Shown: positions 48,641 to 62,243, numbered from the whole stretch's first letter. The stretch is 63,639 bases of DNA, filler included, from Octopus bimaculoides (GCF_001194135.2; 5 parts of 5 records of this genome joined end to end with filler, not necessarily neighbours in it), one strand, 5' to 3'. Translations and numbers: made by a program. Notes: generated from the letters alone by a model not told the origin.

Positions 48641-50379
48641 ATATAACCATAACATTCCGTCATCATATCAATATATATTGTCTACTATTTGTAATATCTC
48701 TGAGATGTTATGTACTGATTAAGAGGTTACAAGGAAGAAAAAAGAGCATTTAGCGTTAGTTTTACAGGGCTATGTGCCGCCTAAATCAAATAAAATATGC
48801 CATTGGCAATTTAAGTGATTTATAGGCAAACTTTATATACGGGAACACGTATGAATAACATACAGACTGAAGTAAAACACGTAAACGCACAGACTCACAC
48901 TTTATAAATTCCCTCACACCTGCACACAAAATAGACTCATATAAATTTTACTCCACATCTATGATGCAGATTTAGGATAGCTATACAGTTTATGGTCGTT
49001 CGAAACCTGCAGGCGATATTGCAACTTTATTCCATTTTCTTCTATATATACATGTGTGTCTGTATGTGTATGTGTGTATGTATGCATATATATATATATA
49101 NNNNNNNNNNNNNNNNNNNNNNNNNNNNNNNNNNNNNNNNNNNNNNNNNNNNNNNNNNNNNNNNNNNNNNNNNNNNNNNNNNNNNNNNNNNNNNNNNNNN
49201 NNNNNNNNNNNNNNNNNNNNNNNNNNNNNNNNNNNNNNNNNNNNNNNNNNNNNNNNNNNNNNNNNNNNNNNNNNNNNNNNNNNNNNNNNNNNNNNNNNNN
49301 NNNNNNNNNNNNNNNNNNNNNNNNNNNNNNNNNNNNNNNNNNNNNNNNNNNNNNNNNNNNNNNNNNNNNNNNNNNNNNNNNNNNNNNNNNNNNNNNNNNN
49401 NNNNNNNNNNNNNNNNNNNNNNNNNNNNNNNNNNNNNNNNNNNNNNNNNNNNNNNNNNNNNNNNNNNNNNNNNNNNNNNNNNNNNNNNNNNNNNNNNNNT
49501 ATATATATGTATACATATACACACACACATATACGTACATACATGCCAGAATGCAAAAGTAGATAAATATACAGACAGGATGGTTGTTTCACCTGTCGCT
49601 CTCTCATGATATCAAGGTTGGCAAACTGTTCAATAACATTGGACAAATTTCAATATAGTTCTACCTTACTGCTCATATCTTTTCTGCGATAGCTCTCTGG
49701 ATATTTTACTGTCTTTCTCTCTCGCTGTGTCTCTCTCTTTGATTTTTTTTTCTCCCTCACTATTTCACTCATGCAATCACTCACTCACTCCCTTCCTCTG
49801 CTTCAGCGTGTTATTATGTCTCTCTCACACAATCTCTCTCTGTTTTTCTCTCTCCCCCTCTCTCTGCCCCTTCCAACCTCGCTTCTAAATACCTGATGTT
49901 TGTACGGTTGTTTATTTCTTTCCCCCTCCTTCAATCACTTTCTCTCGCCAGTTTATTCTGATTCTCTACACTCTTTATCTCCTGCCTATGCCTCCTTCCC
50001 CACTCTGTGCTTTCTCTGTCTCTCTCTTTTTCTCGCTCTTTCTCCGCCATATTTTCTCTGCCCCCCCTCTCTACGTTTTAGCCAATAGCATTGGAAATGT
50101 CTACTAATGATAGGAGCAATTTCGAAATACCGGAGACATTCCCAGTAAGTAGTAGTAGTAGTAGTAGTAGTAGTAACTGTTGTTGGTGTTGTATGCTGTT
50201 GTTTTTGATGTTGTTGTCTCTCTTCAGCAGCTCTGTCGAAGCATACGCAAGCAATTTTTTTCCATTGCACGATTCCTATTGGAATTGAGTGGACTGTTTA
50301 TAAAGATGAGACTCGTAAATGACGTGAAAAGTGAAGTAGAAGGAAAGGTAGACAGACAGAAAGAGAGCGAGAGAGGAGC

Positions 50380-50424
<45 letters not shown>

Positions 50425-50579
50425 CAGACAGACAGAGAAAGAAGGGAATGGAGAAATGAGAGGTTGAGAGAATGAAGCGAGAGGGAGGGAGAGACAATAT
50501 GGATAATATTTAGACGACAGTGAGATAATGCTAATGAAATCTAAAAACATTTATTCACGTTCACGTATATTTTGTAGTG

Positions 50580-50614
<35 letters not shown>

Positions 50615-51699
50615 TGGATATGCATGTGAGTGATGCATAGGAAGGGTGATGCCATGGAAAATTGTAATATTTAGTATTTGATAGTGTTTTGCTTGAGCCT
50701 CAGTATTTGTTTAAAGATAATCTATAATATATGCTTCTTTCAGTCTCGGAATCGGGTTTTGTTGATTATCAAGGAATTATCTATCTGTGGAAGAATAGTA
50801 AACGTTGTAATCACATGCAAGACTCAAAACCAATCTGTATGTACCTGTTTACTTAATTCATTGCAAACGCACACGACACAATCTTTAAATTATGAGAGAG
50901 AAGGTGCGAATCTTTATTTAGATCGTAGCTGTCCTTGAAGGCATGTAATATTAAAATTATGTCTAAATTATAATTTTATTAGTTTTGCAGCATCTTGCCC
51001 AGCTTTGTTATTTTATGTTTCCGTTGCATCATTCAAAATTGGATTCGGTCGTTTATTTATTAAATTTCTTTTCACTGTCATTAATTCGGTGTTTCAAGTA
51101 TGGTTTTCTCAATCTGAAGTACTGTTGCTTCCAGCATTCTCTGCAATTTTCTTCTTAACGTCACCATGGAATAGGATGCAATAAAACCTACAAGCAGATA
51201 CACAAAATCAAACAACGCTACCAGGATATATACATGCAAAAGTGTCTATCCTTCTTTTACTCAATCTATTTATCTGTCAACTACATACACACACGCGCTC
51301 GCGCACACGCACACATTTTTCAGCCTGTGTGCGTGTGCATATGTATTTAACAGTGTGACTATGTCTATGAATACAAACTTACATTAACGAACGTATGATT
51401 ATTGATGTGAAAATAAGACGATTATACGAACCTACGTTTAATATTTATTTAAAATTAAATGCACTGTATAACGAATCAATTTCACACTGAATTTATAAAT
51501 AAAATATGTCGATATAATTTTTTTCTATTTGGAGCTTTTAATGTGTTCGGTTGTTACAAGTTCAATGCAGATCGTCAGCCCTCGTCAATTTATCTTTTCA
51601 AATAATGTTTTGTCGTATACATGCACCTGCAAAATTTTGAGTATGAGGTCATATCTTTTATTGCTTATCTTTTACTTTATTGTTTATCTTTTATTGTTT

Positions 51700-51900
51700 A
51701 TCTTTTACTTGTTTCAGTCATTAGAGTGCAGCCGTGCTGAGACACCATCTTGAATTTTTAGTCGAATTAATCGATCCCAAAATTTCCCTTCGGTCTCTTT
51801 TGCCGAGCAATATGTATTGGGGATGCAAACACACAAGCACCGGTTTTCAATCGTTTGTGGTGGGACACAGATAGAAAGGCAATATAAACATAGATACACA
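51700..51900 (-). mobile_element. SINE family B 3' half
   Basis: cttgtttcagtcattagagtgcagccgtgctg...tttagtcga is the reverse complement of the family tail. Confidence 0.75.
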
Positions 51901-51907
51901 CACACAC

Positions 51908-52569
51908 AGACACTTGAATCATGATTTAACCTTTCAAATTTGTAGTTGCTTTAATTTTAAATGACATTGAAGAACTCTTTCAAAGTCATGTACAAAGTCA
52001 AATTCCATACATTCTATACATGGGTTTGCATTTGATATATATCACAGGTATCTTCCAATTTCCGCCTCAAATCCACTCAGAAGCTTTTGTCGGCCCCAGG
52101 CTGTAGTAGAAGACACATGTCTAAAGTGCCACGCAGTGGGACTGAAACCTGAGCCATGTGGTCCTTACCACATAGCCACACCTGCATATATGTGTGTGTA
52201 TGTATGTATATATGTATGTATGCATGTATGTATGTATANNNNNNNNNNACATACCTGCGTGTATATATCGTATATTAGGAACTTGGTTTGGCTGTCTGGT
52301 ATTAGAGACAAATTTCCTTGTAATTTTGGGTTGCTGATATAAAAAATAATATTGATTTTGCTCTATCTCGTCAAGATTTTGATCTAACTTAAATGTCAAT
52401 TTTCAACATTTCCGATATTGTCACTGTTTCTAAGGATAGATTTGGCTTCATCAAATGCAAACCCATGTATGGAATTTGACTTTGTACATGACTTTGAAAG
52501 AGTTCTTCAATGTCATTTAAAATTAAAGCAACTACAAATTTGAAAGGGTAAATCATGATTCAAGTGTCT
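51908..52569. repeat. ~120-bp near-perfect inverted repeat with ~410-bp spacer
   Basis: 51908-52036 vs reverse complement of 52450-52569: identical apart from a 9-nt duplication in the left arm and one substitution; the spacer has a SINE B head (52060-52185) and a 10-N gap. Confidence 0.9.
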
Positions 52570-52959
52570 TTAAAAAGATGAAATGTGAACAACTTCCACT
52601 ATTATCAATCTAAACACATTTAAATGCCACAGTGATGGCTGAACTGTCCTTTATATAATTAGATCTTAATAAACAACACATGTCCGTAGTCCTTGACATC
52701 AGACATATGTCATGTTTGTGGAATTTGCCGTATTTGTCAGGAGATATGCCCATCCTGTGCTTCTTTAGTGTGACTATAATTGCAAACATGATGAAAATAG
52801 GTATTTTGAATACACTCTTAATGTTCTAACTTTGAATGGACGTGCGTCATGGTCACTTTTTGTCACGCGTGGTCAAAGAACTGTAAAAAGAACTTCATAG
52901 TATATTCTAATTATAGAGCTTTGCTAACACAAACCTGCATTTGTTTACATTATAACTGT

Positions 52960-55067
52960 TGACACATCTGAGAAAATTTTTCCAGGTGACAGCTAGCTTG
53001 GATATGTTTCATATTTCAAGAAACATGGCCCGTTGTGAGGCAAGAAAAAGCAAAAACAGCCCTGATTTCTTCCGCTATATTACCTTGGCCGCGAAACAAT
53101 ATCACAGATTTTCTGAAGAAAACTTATCTTACTCTGGCATGAAATTGCGCGATCAAGACAGAGGCTGTGTATCCCATATGATCTGTAAAACATGTGTTGA
53201 AATATTGAGATAGTACTCAAAATGTCAAAAATACCTAACCTTTCGGAGGGAATCACGAAATCTTCATGATAGCTGCTTCTTTTCCGTGAGTGAGACATTT
53301 GGCTTCAATTCTAAGAATAAGTTGCTCTTCATTCATCAAGTTCTAGTGTCCACTATTCGACGAGTACCACACTGAGGTTATTCGCCACCACCAGAATTCA
53401 TATATTTTTCATGATAGTGATGATGAGAATGAGGTGATGGAATATGGTAACCTTGATTCAAGGGATATGAGGAACAGGAGACTCTTCCAAAACTTTTTAC
53501 ACAGGTTGAACTAACTGATGTAGTTCATGATCGAAATTTATGAGAGGCGCCCAGTTGCTTATTTCAAGTTTAAGAGAAGAAAATCTGCTTTCACCTTCTA
53601 AAAGAACGCTCGATGAGCGCTTTCAAAAAGAAGATGGCGTCAGTGATACCTGTTGTGGGAGCATTGCGGAGTAGAACCGTTCCTCACACCAACCCTTCTA
53701 CAGCCGAGGATATTCCTTCTGTTCCTTACCCTCTCAACTAAATGATCGCAAGCAAATAGGAGAGAGCGGCGGCAGCAGCCACGGCAACAGCAACAGCAAT
53801 AACACTAATAGATTGAATACCCTCGGACTGTTAGAAGCTGGCAGTATCGCAGGAAAAATCAGCAGCAGCAACATTATCATCACTTCCATCACCATCAACA
53901 ATAGTATCAGGACTTTAAGTATTCAGAGCGATAAGGGAAATAGGGAAGACATCAGCAACAACAACCCTACCATAGCCGCTAACACCACCACCATAACCAC
54001 TGTCACCCTTAACACAAACATTAATAGAACAGAAACAGCAGCTGTTCTTATTTCTAAACAACATGAAAACAGTTTCGTACAAGCGTATCGACGAGTGGAC
54101 AAAGAAAAGAAAAGCGTGTCGGAAAGAAAAGCAAAACAAACATTAAGTATCACCGAAGCGCACTTATGAAAGAATGGGAAAATAATATTTCTAAACACTT
54201 CAAAGTAAATGTAAGAAGATACTAGTAAAAAAATCATCTACAAATGTATCTCATTAAAGACGCGATGATTGCAGCGATTGTCGCAGGACCAGACTGAAAA
54301 AAAACACAAATTGCTTTTCAACCACGACAAATTATAATCGGTATCTTCAAAAACTTTGCTAAGTCACTGGAATCGGGGGTGCAACCAGGCAAGTTGCTTA
54401 AAGATATCTTTCTTTGATTAAGTGAAACAAATTGATGAAGAATCTGATGCTGAGTGATCCAATAAGGGAAGTTGCACGACAAGCTTATAATACTGTGTTA
54501 AAGACAGTTGAAAACCTTGCAGGTAAAAACCAGAGCCTGGATTATAAGATAATCATTGCTGTCCTTGAAGGTTTATTGGATTTCTTTTCTTTGACTTTAG
54601 GTAATGTGACTGGTGAGTTTAGTGAAAGATCTCAGCACGTGATCACTAGGTACAAGTGCAAGCTGACCCACCCCACCCCGCAGATTGACGGCAGACTTTT
54701 GCTGGCTTCACTCTTTTTCAACATCATGTTNNNNNNNNNNNNNNNNNNNCCCACCCCACCCCACCCCGCAGATTGACGGCAGACTTTTGCTGGCTTCACT
54801 CTTTTTCAACATCATGTTACTAACCTTGACAGTGAAATCAGAGCTGTAAGATTTTTGTGCTAAGTTTCTTTTTCTTTGCTAAGTGTATATTGTTATTTTA
54901 ACTGTGATTAATTGTAGTTTATTACTTTAATAAATACTATGCCATGATCAAAAGATTAGACACGCTTTCTGAAAATATATAGATCAAAATGTAGACGTGA
55001 TGCAACAACACGGATTTCATATTCATAAACACCATCTTAAAATTTACTATTATCATCTCAAGTAGTG
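52960..55067 (+). mobile_element. degraded DNA transposon, CMC superfamily (Chapaev3-like)
   Basis: N-terminal KNSPDFF..MKLRDQDRGCVSHMICKTCVEILR; C-terminal GIFKNFAKSL, TVENLAGKNQSLDYK, LDFFSLTLGNVTGEFSER; terminus ...agtagtg (CACT on minus); family assignment from memory. Confidence 0.6.
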
Positions 55068-58000
55068 TTTGCTAAACAAAATTAGTGCCATACAGTATTA
55101 TTATTGTCAGTGACGAGAATGTTTTAGTGCTACTGGATTCGAATACCCACATGGCTTTATTTAACATTGGAATGACCGTTATCTATGTAATTTATATCAG
55201 GTAAACTGCTTTAAGAGATTCCCTAAGCAGCCAATTGGTTTATTATTGTCACTCTAGTGAATATTGTTCAAACTTGAAGAATTCCTGTGTTGAATGTGCC
55301 AACTACCATCGATTTATTGCGGACTTCGTTTTAAGGATGTTGGATACTTGTTACTCTAGACCTGAGGAAATAGTCGCCGAGTGTGTCTAAGGTGGAACTT
55401 GAACTCAGAGCTCAAATTTCTGGAACAAAAACTGCAAGGGAACTTGCCGAACGCTCTCTAAAATCCGGCAATCAATAGCATAGAATTGGTTTTTACCGAT
55501 TCGGAAAAGATTACCTCTAGAAATAAATAAGACTACATATTGACTTTCTACTCTACGTTTTATCGATTCTGTCAATTCGCAACGTGTTGCTGTGCACATC
55601 TTTTATATCTCTCATTCTTTAGCAAGAGGTATTTTTCGGTAGAGTTATTGCCCTTGTCGAAACTTAATTACGTCCAGAGGCTAATGAGACAGCGGTGTTT
55701 GGGGAAGTATTGTTTATTTGCTCCAATATCATTTGCACAATTCCTTAGTGTCAACGAAATATTCTGAAAGATAAATTATAGTCTGGTCCTTATAGAAATA
55801 AGAAAAGAGAAAGAGACATCATGATGATTATTATGAAGTATAGCTTCCATGCATCGATAATCACGTGTATTCAATATGATATTGATTAATTTCTACTGAT
55901 GTTTTAACAAATAACAACCTTGTGTGTTTTACAGTTAACAATCTTCGAAAAATGAAATCCCTTACGTAACCTGACAGTCCTGTGATGTTTACTGGCCTGG
56001 AATGGCGTCATTGCAAGTGATGTGATCAAAGTTGATTTCTAAAGAATTTATAAAAAAAAGTAACAGTAATAGAAAAAAAAAAGAATAAAACAATGAAATA
56101 AATAGATATATTATTTCAAATAACATTCGAGCCGACTGTGTGGCACCAGAACTGTTATTACCGAGTAACTTCATGTGTTTGATAATGATATTATTGAGAT
56201 GGCGATCGATGTAGGCTGTTATTATACAGAACAATGCTGCTGAATTCTCGAAATCAGTCTCGTATACTGACCTGCAGACGAGCGTTGTAGCGACACCTAT
56301 TATTATAGGATATTGCCAAAGCTTATATTTCTTCATTATATTTCTTTTGAAGCAAAAATTTTCGCATGACCTGTAATTTCCCCAGATGTCTTCAGGTGTC
56401 ATACCTCGTTATAATTTATACAAATAATATGAAGAGAAAATGTTTGTAATGATTGAAATACATAGACGCATATGGAAGTACATATTTAGGCATTGAAAAG
56501 TGGAATATATTATTATATGTTCTCTAAAAAGACACATGAAACTGATTTATATTTGCGTAACACTGACTGGAATAGTATAATTTCTGTACCAATTCAGATA
56601 GTGACGAGTATATGTGTATATATCCATATTTATCTATCTACCAATCTAGATTGCTACCTACCTGCCTATCAATCTATATATATGTCGGTGTGTCTGCCTT
56701 TTTTTACTCGCATTCTCCATATGTATGTATGCATATACTAATATATACATACATATATTTATAAATGTATGCATGTATACATTGATGGTTGTATATAAAT
56801 ATGTATATATGTAGATACATATGTACATGCTTATGTGTTGGCGAATGCACACACACACACACACACACGCACATATATACATACATATATACATACAGAC
56901 ACATATATTAATATAAGTATGCCTATATATTTATGATTTCCCTGTATACCTGTGTGTATTATGTATATATATATATATGTGCTTTCCTCATATACCTGTG
57001 TGTAGTGTGTATCATGAATGGAAACAGTGCAGAAATATGAATTAACGGAAGCGAAGTTCCTCTGCTAAAACACTAAATTAATAAAAAACAAATATTTGTT
57101 GTATAGTTATATCTAGCTTTTAATGAATCCTCTTTTGATATCTCGTCTCCTTGATCTATCCTTAAAAAGGTTTCCTATAGGCATCCGTACATACACACAT
57201 TTATTTATCCATCCCTAAATTTATACAAACGCACGCGAAGTCTCACGCGTAGAATCTCACATACACTGACGTGGTCACAGACACGCATATATGCGTGTGT
57301 ATATTTGTCTACAGAGATTGCAGAGAGTTAGTGATAGAGCGAAAAAACGGAATGAAAAGTATTGAACACTATTGAATAATAAGCGAGCAGGCCATGCATC
57401 ATTACAACTCGTATATTTCCAGATGATGGCCCACTTCACATTTACTTTGGTAAATATCTCTGGATTATTAACAATACAGATATCATAACTTAGAGGTGTA
57501 TTGAGTGGTTGTTCGACTATGAATTTAGTGGTATTTGTTCTAGACAGGCTAATTGCCTTTACATAAGTAGCACTCTGGTGATTGCGCATCTCAGGAACTG
57601 CTTTCAAATCTAAAGGGTTGCAACAACTAATGGAAATAGACTCTTCAGTAGCTTGTTGGTGAGTGATAAGATTATGATTCCACGTTGCGCTCAGGTAGTT
57701 GGTTTTAATTTTCACTTGCATAGCATCGAACCAGCTTTTGCTTAAATGATATATTGTTCCGAAAGAGAGTAGTTACATGAAATAAATATTAATTGTTTCT
57801 ATTTGTTGGCAAATAAACCGAAATCTGAAAGATAGTATTCAATGATCAGAACTAATTCCTTCGAAAGGAAAATATACGTTGCAGTTAAGATTGTTGTCGT
57901 ATTACTTTAATTACATTGAATATCGGTTCCCATTGATATATATAGATCAGTGTCCGCAGTTTTGATGCTTTCTTTTGAAATTTTGCGTTTAATCAGAGAA

Positions 58001-59978
58001 TATTTTAGAGGACAGATGACATTTGGCTGAGGACTTGAATGCTCTCTCAGTTCATATATTAACCATTCATGTAAATTTGTTTTGCAACTTGCAGCACTAA
58101 AGGGAGCGTTTCATTTTAGGATTTAATAAATGTTACTTCTTGACTCAGTTAAGTTGGGTTATGGCTAGAGATGGCTGTGGCACAAGCAATATTCTTCAAT
58201 GATCCAATGATTATACTTGATAGAATTTGTTTCTTCTTTTGGATATTTTGCTCAAGCAGTCCGCGTAAGAGTGTTACACCACACTGTGCTAATATTCTTC
58301 CGATTTTCTATAGTAATCTGACCTAAAATCATTGCTTATGTGACCATTTCACAATTCTGCATTACAGACTATTGGGTGGAAATTTAAGTAGATTTACCTG
58401 CTACATTTACGTGTATATTATATTATGTTGTAGGCTGGAGTAGGAAATTGTATGCTGAAGCCACACGGATGAGGAGTTTAGAGATTAGATGAAATTAGTT
58501 TTGGAATTTAATGAATTTATAAATATAATGAATCATATAAATGAATTACACCGCATTTTAGAATTTAATGACTGTCATTTTTTGCTAAAATATCACTTTA
58601 ATAGCTAAAACAAATTTCATAGTCATATGGAGTGATTGAATATGTTTCATCTAGGTGACGGCACTAAACAATTCGGAGATTGCAGTATTCCCAAATCCTA
58701 TTTTGACTTTAGAAGTATTCTTCGTTGTCGACCGTTTGTCGTTGGATACTATAGCTCAGTATTCGCATAAAGAACAATGCAAATTGCTGAAACTACAACT
58801 TGCCGAAACAACATATATGCAATCAGATTTTAAATATTCTGCAAATGAAATTATTTGATTTGGGAATATTTGATTAGGCAAATAATTAAATCTCGAAACA
58901 TAAGCTTAATTACCATCGGAATTTGAAAATATTCTACCGTCTCAAAAAACTCTCTCATTATTAAGAAATTATACAAAAATATTCTGACGATGTTAGAGGC
59001 AGTGCGTCAGTCAAATGATTTAATAACGAGGTCAAAATTGAATTATTTCGTACAGAGTGAAAAACATGGCAGACACGTAAGGAGGTACTTCGAGAAATTT
59101 GATGTTTCGGATCGCATCAAGCACATTCGTTAACTTCAGTTTCTGGACTCCCCTAGGCAAACAAACTTTACTACACTGCACAACTATGTATTCGACTAAA
59201 GAATAATGATTCATTGTATTACAAAACTCATTAACAAATTTGACATAATTATTTTCTACAACTTATCTTTTCCTTATATTTTGATGCACTGAAACTACAA
59301 TACAAGAATTTCCTCCGAGAGCCAACAAAATGAATAGTGGTGTTTGAACCAATCCATCCTATTTTGCTTCCACAATGATATCAGTTGAAAAGACATGATG
59401 AGACAGAAGAGACTTGTACATACTTTTCCATGTATTAGAATTACAACTATTTGAAGAACTAATAACGAAATCATACATTTTCAAGGATACCAGAATATTT
59501 CACTGAAAGTATCCGCATGCTATATATCTTGTCCTACCAAGAAATTCAATACCATTTTCAGAGTCAAAACTTCATGGATACTCTACTTACGTAGAGTAAA
59601 TGCATTAAAGTTGTTAATTTGTCTCACTGGCCAGAATGTAGATTGGTTCAGATTAATTCAACTGTGGCAGGAACATAAACATTCTTTTATTTGAAATGAT
59701 CATAATAAATCATTATATTTTCCTTAACATATTATGATTAATATAGGAGTCTCTGCTAATCGGTTGACGATATTCCATTCACAATTATAAAAATCAGGGT
59801 TCAAATCCTTCGTTGTAGAGTAGCTTTCGCGAAGCTCCATTGAAATCAGTTGTAATGAAATCGTTTTAATCTTCCTTTGCTTCCAGGTAACAAAAACTAT
59901 TAAAGAAAGCTGCTTACTATAGTATGATCGCATGCGAGTAGCAGGTGTGTGTCATATACCTAGCTTTCATATATATAA

Positions 59979-60760
59979 CGAGGTGTACAACACATACAAA
60001 ATTTGCAATTAATCTTCTTCATAGTAGTCCAATTCGGAAGACACACACTTATTGCAGCGCTGTTCCCAATGATGAAATCATTCCTGAGATTCATAGTATT
60101 CACTTTGATTTCCTCGACGTCCTGAAATCTTCTTCCTTACAAGCGGGATTTGATTTTTGGAAAGTGGAAACAGGCGGACCTGATAAATGCTGTGCCTAGC
60201 CAAAATCTGCTACACAAGCTGCGCTGAATAGCTATGTGTGTTGTCACGTGAAAGCTGTTTTGGCACAAATTAGGCAGATACGCGCCTCATAACTAAATAT
60301 TTAGTGATAATGGACTCAACTGAACAGTTACTAATCTGCACATCTTATGATACCCCATGGATGCTGATTCGACCATTTTCCCCTCACAGCTGCACGCACA
60401 TGCGCGATGTTCTTCTCAGTTCCTTTAGCTGCGGGTCTCCCAGAACGTTCGCAACCATCGACATTTTTTAAGCTCATACACACCTCTCCATACACTTTCT
60501 GTAACTTTTCGTAGGCCTCTGAGCAGGTATCGCCAAGCTTTTGGCAAAATGTGATGTACATTCATGGTCAATGCGACGATCATGCAGGTATACACGTTCC
60601 TTCCAAGCACTGTTGTAAACAGGGGAGGTGAGCTAGAATGTTAAAGTTTAATGTGCATGCACAACAGAGTTCAATGTCAATGCGTGCCTAGCGGCTTTAC
60701 TTGGCGTGGCAAAGCTTCATTACTATGGTAACTGTCCTGATACTTATTGATCAAACCTCG
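59979..60760 (-). mobile_element. internally deleted mariner element
   Basis: Termini cgagg... / ...tcaaacctcg|TA; ORF 60331-60561 ITFCQKLGDTCSEAYEKLQKVYGE..ERSGRP is a mariner HTH N-terminus. Confidence 0.85.
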
Positions 60761-61039
60761 TATATATATATATATATATATATATNNNNNNNNNNNNNNN
60801 NNNNNNNNNNNNNNNNNNNNNNNNNNNNNTTAATTAATTAANNNNNNNNNNNNNNNNNNNNNNNNNNNNNNNNNNNNNNNNNNNNACTCCTCCTCCTCCT
60901 CCTCCTCCCTTTCCTTTTCTTCGTGCTGACGTTGCAGCAATCCGTCTGACCCCATCCGGCACTAAAATCAAAAAATTATTTTCTAAAACAGGAAGGTTAA
61001 TGATATATTGGATGGTGTTATAAATATTTAGACATGACC

Positions 61040-61100
61040 TTCTAGGAAGAAATTTGCTTCCCAACCACATGGTTCCTAGTTCAGTCCCACTGTGTGGCAC
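61040..61100 (+). mobile_element. SINE family B head fragment
   Basis: aagaaatttgcttcccaaccacatggttcctagttcagtcccactgtgtggcacc. Confidence 0.75.
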
Positions 61101-61860
61101 CAGATTTGACTTAATTCCACCTAGATTTAGATATACAGAAAACTTAAATGCCTTCAACCTTGTCTTACATTTTGTTGGTTAGAGTACAATTGGGATTAAG
61201 CAACAACTACAAATGTGGGGAAAACAACAGCAGTGGGAGTAGCGGTGGAGGCGGCGGCTGTGGTGGCAGCAGTAGCGACTGGGCCAACAGCGCCGGTGGC
61301 AGGGTCAACAGCACCAGTGACAGGCTAATTTTTGTGCAACGTGAACTGTGGGCCGTATGAAGTTGTCGCAAAAGACCTTCGTCTCTGTAGGTGCGACGAG
61401 TGCACTTTAAAAGAGACGAAAGAAAAGTCTACTCCAAGCTTGAATTACGGATGAGTGATGGTCAGGTTGAAAATACGTCGTCTAACTCAGCCATCACACC
61501 AAGGAAATGATCAACACGTTCAACAACAACAACAACGGAGATAAGAACAGCAATAGCAGCAGCAGCAGCAGCAGCTGAGAAATTATAGGGTTTGCTACAA
61601 CTACGACCACAAAGAAAGAAAAAGAAATACAGGGATATCATAAACCCTAAATACTGCAGCTAAGTGCTCATACCTAACTTATCTTATTAACTTTGCTGTC
61701 GCTCAGAAGAGCGACTGCGATTTAATGTCGGAGAAAGCAAATAGCAAAAGCGTTGTCCTCAATGATGAAACTTTTGATGAATCCGTGATTTGTAAGGAAA
61801 AGCGAGAACTTGGTGAATAGGAACGGAAAAGAATATCAAAATCCTGAATCCAGCATAATT

Positions 61861-62243
61861 GGCGCAGGCGTGGCTGTGTGGTAAGAAGTTTCATTCTCAA
61901 CCACATGGTTCCCGGTTCAGTTCCAATGCGTGGCACGCTGGGCAAGTGTCTTCTACTACAGCATCGGGCCGAGCAAAGCCGTGTGAGTGGATTTGGTAGA
62001 TGGAAACTAAAAGAAGCCCGTCGTATATGTGTGTGTATGCGCGTCTGTGTTTGTCCCCCACTACCGCTTGACAACTGGTGTTGGTGTGTTTACGTCATTG
62101 TAACTTAGCGCTTCGGCAAAAGAGATATCGATAGAATAAGTATCAGGCTTAAAAATAAGTTCTTGGGTCGATTTCTTCGACTAAAATCCTTCAAGGCAGT
62201 GCCCCAGCATGGTCGCAGTCAAATGACTGAAACAAGTAAAAGA
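61861..62243 (+). mobile_element. SINE family B (CORE-like), full length
   Basis: tRNA-like head ggcgtggctgtgtggtaag...ggttcagttcc; CORE-like ctgggcaagtgtctt; tail cagcatggtcgcagtcaaatgactgaaacaagtaaaag. Confidence 0.9.

Noticed and set aside
54667-54820. 64-bp direct repeat flanking an N gap
   Set aside because: Identical sequence on both sides of a gap is typical of unmerged contig overlap
57490-57570. GPCR TM3-like string SGCSTMNLVVFVLDRLIAF on the plus strand
   Set aside because: Bounded by in-frame stops within about 26 codons, no other TM segments, and antisense to a longer open frame; likely chance
58655-58858. 67-aa plus-strand ORF after an acceptor-like tttcatctag
   Set aside because: Length expected by chance; no recognisable homology or donor site
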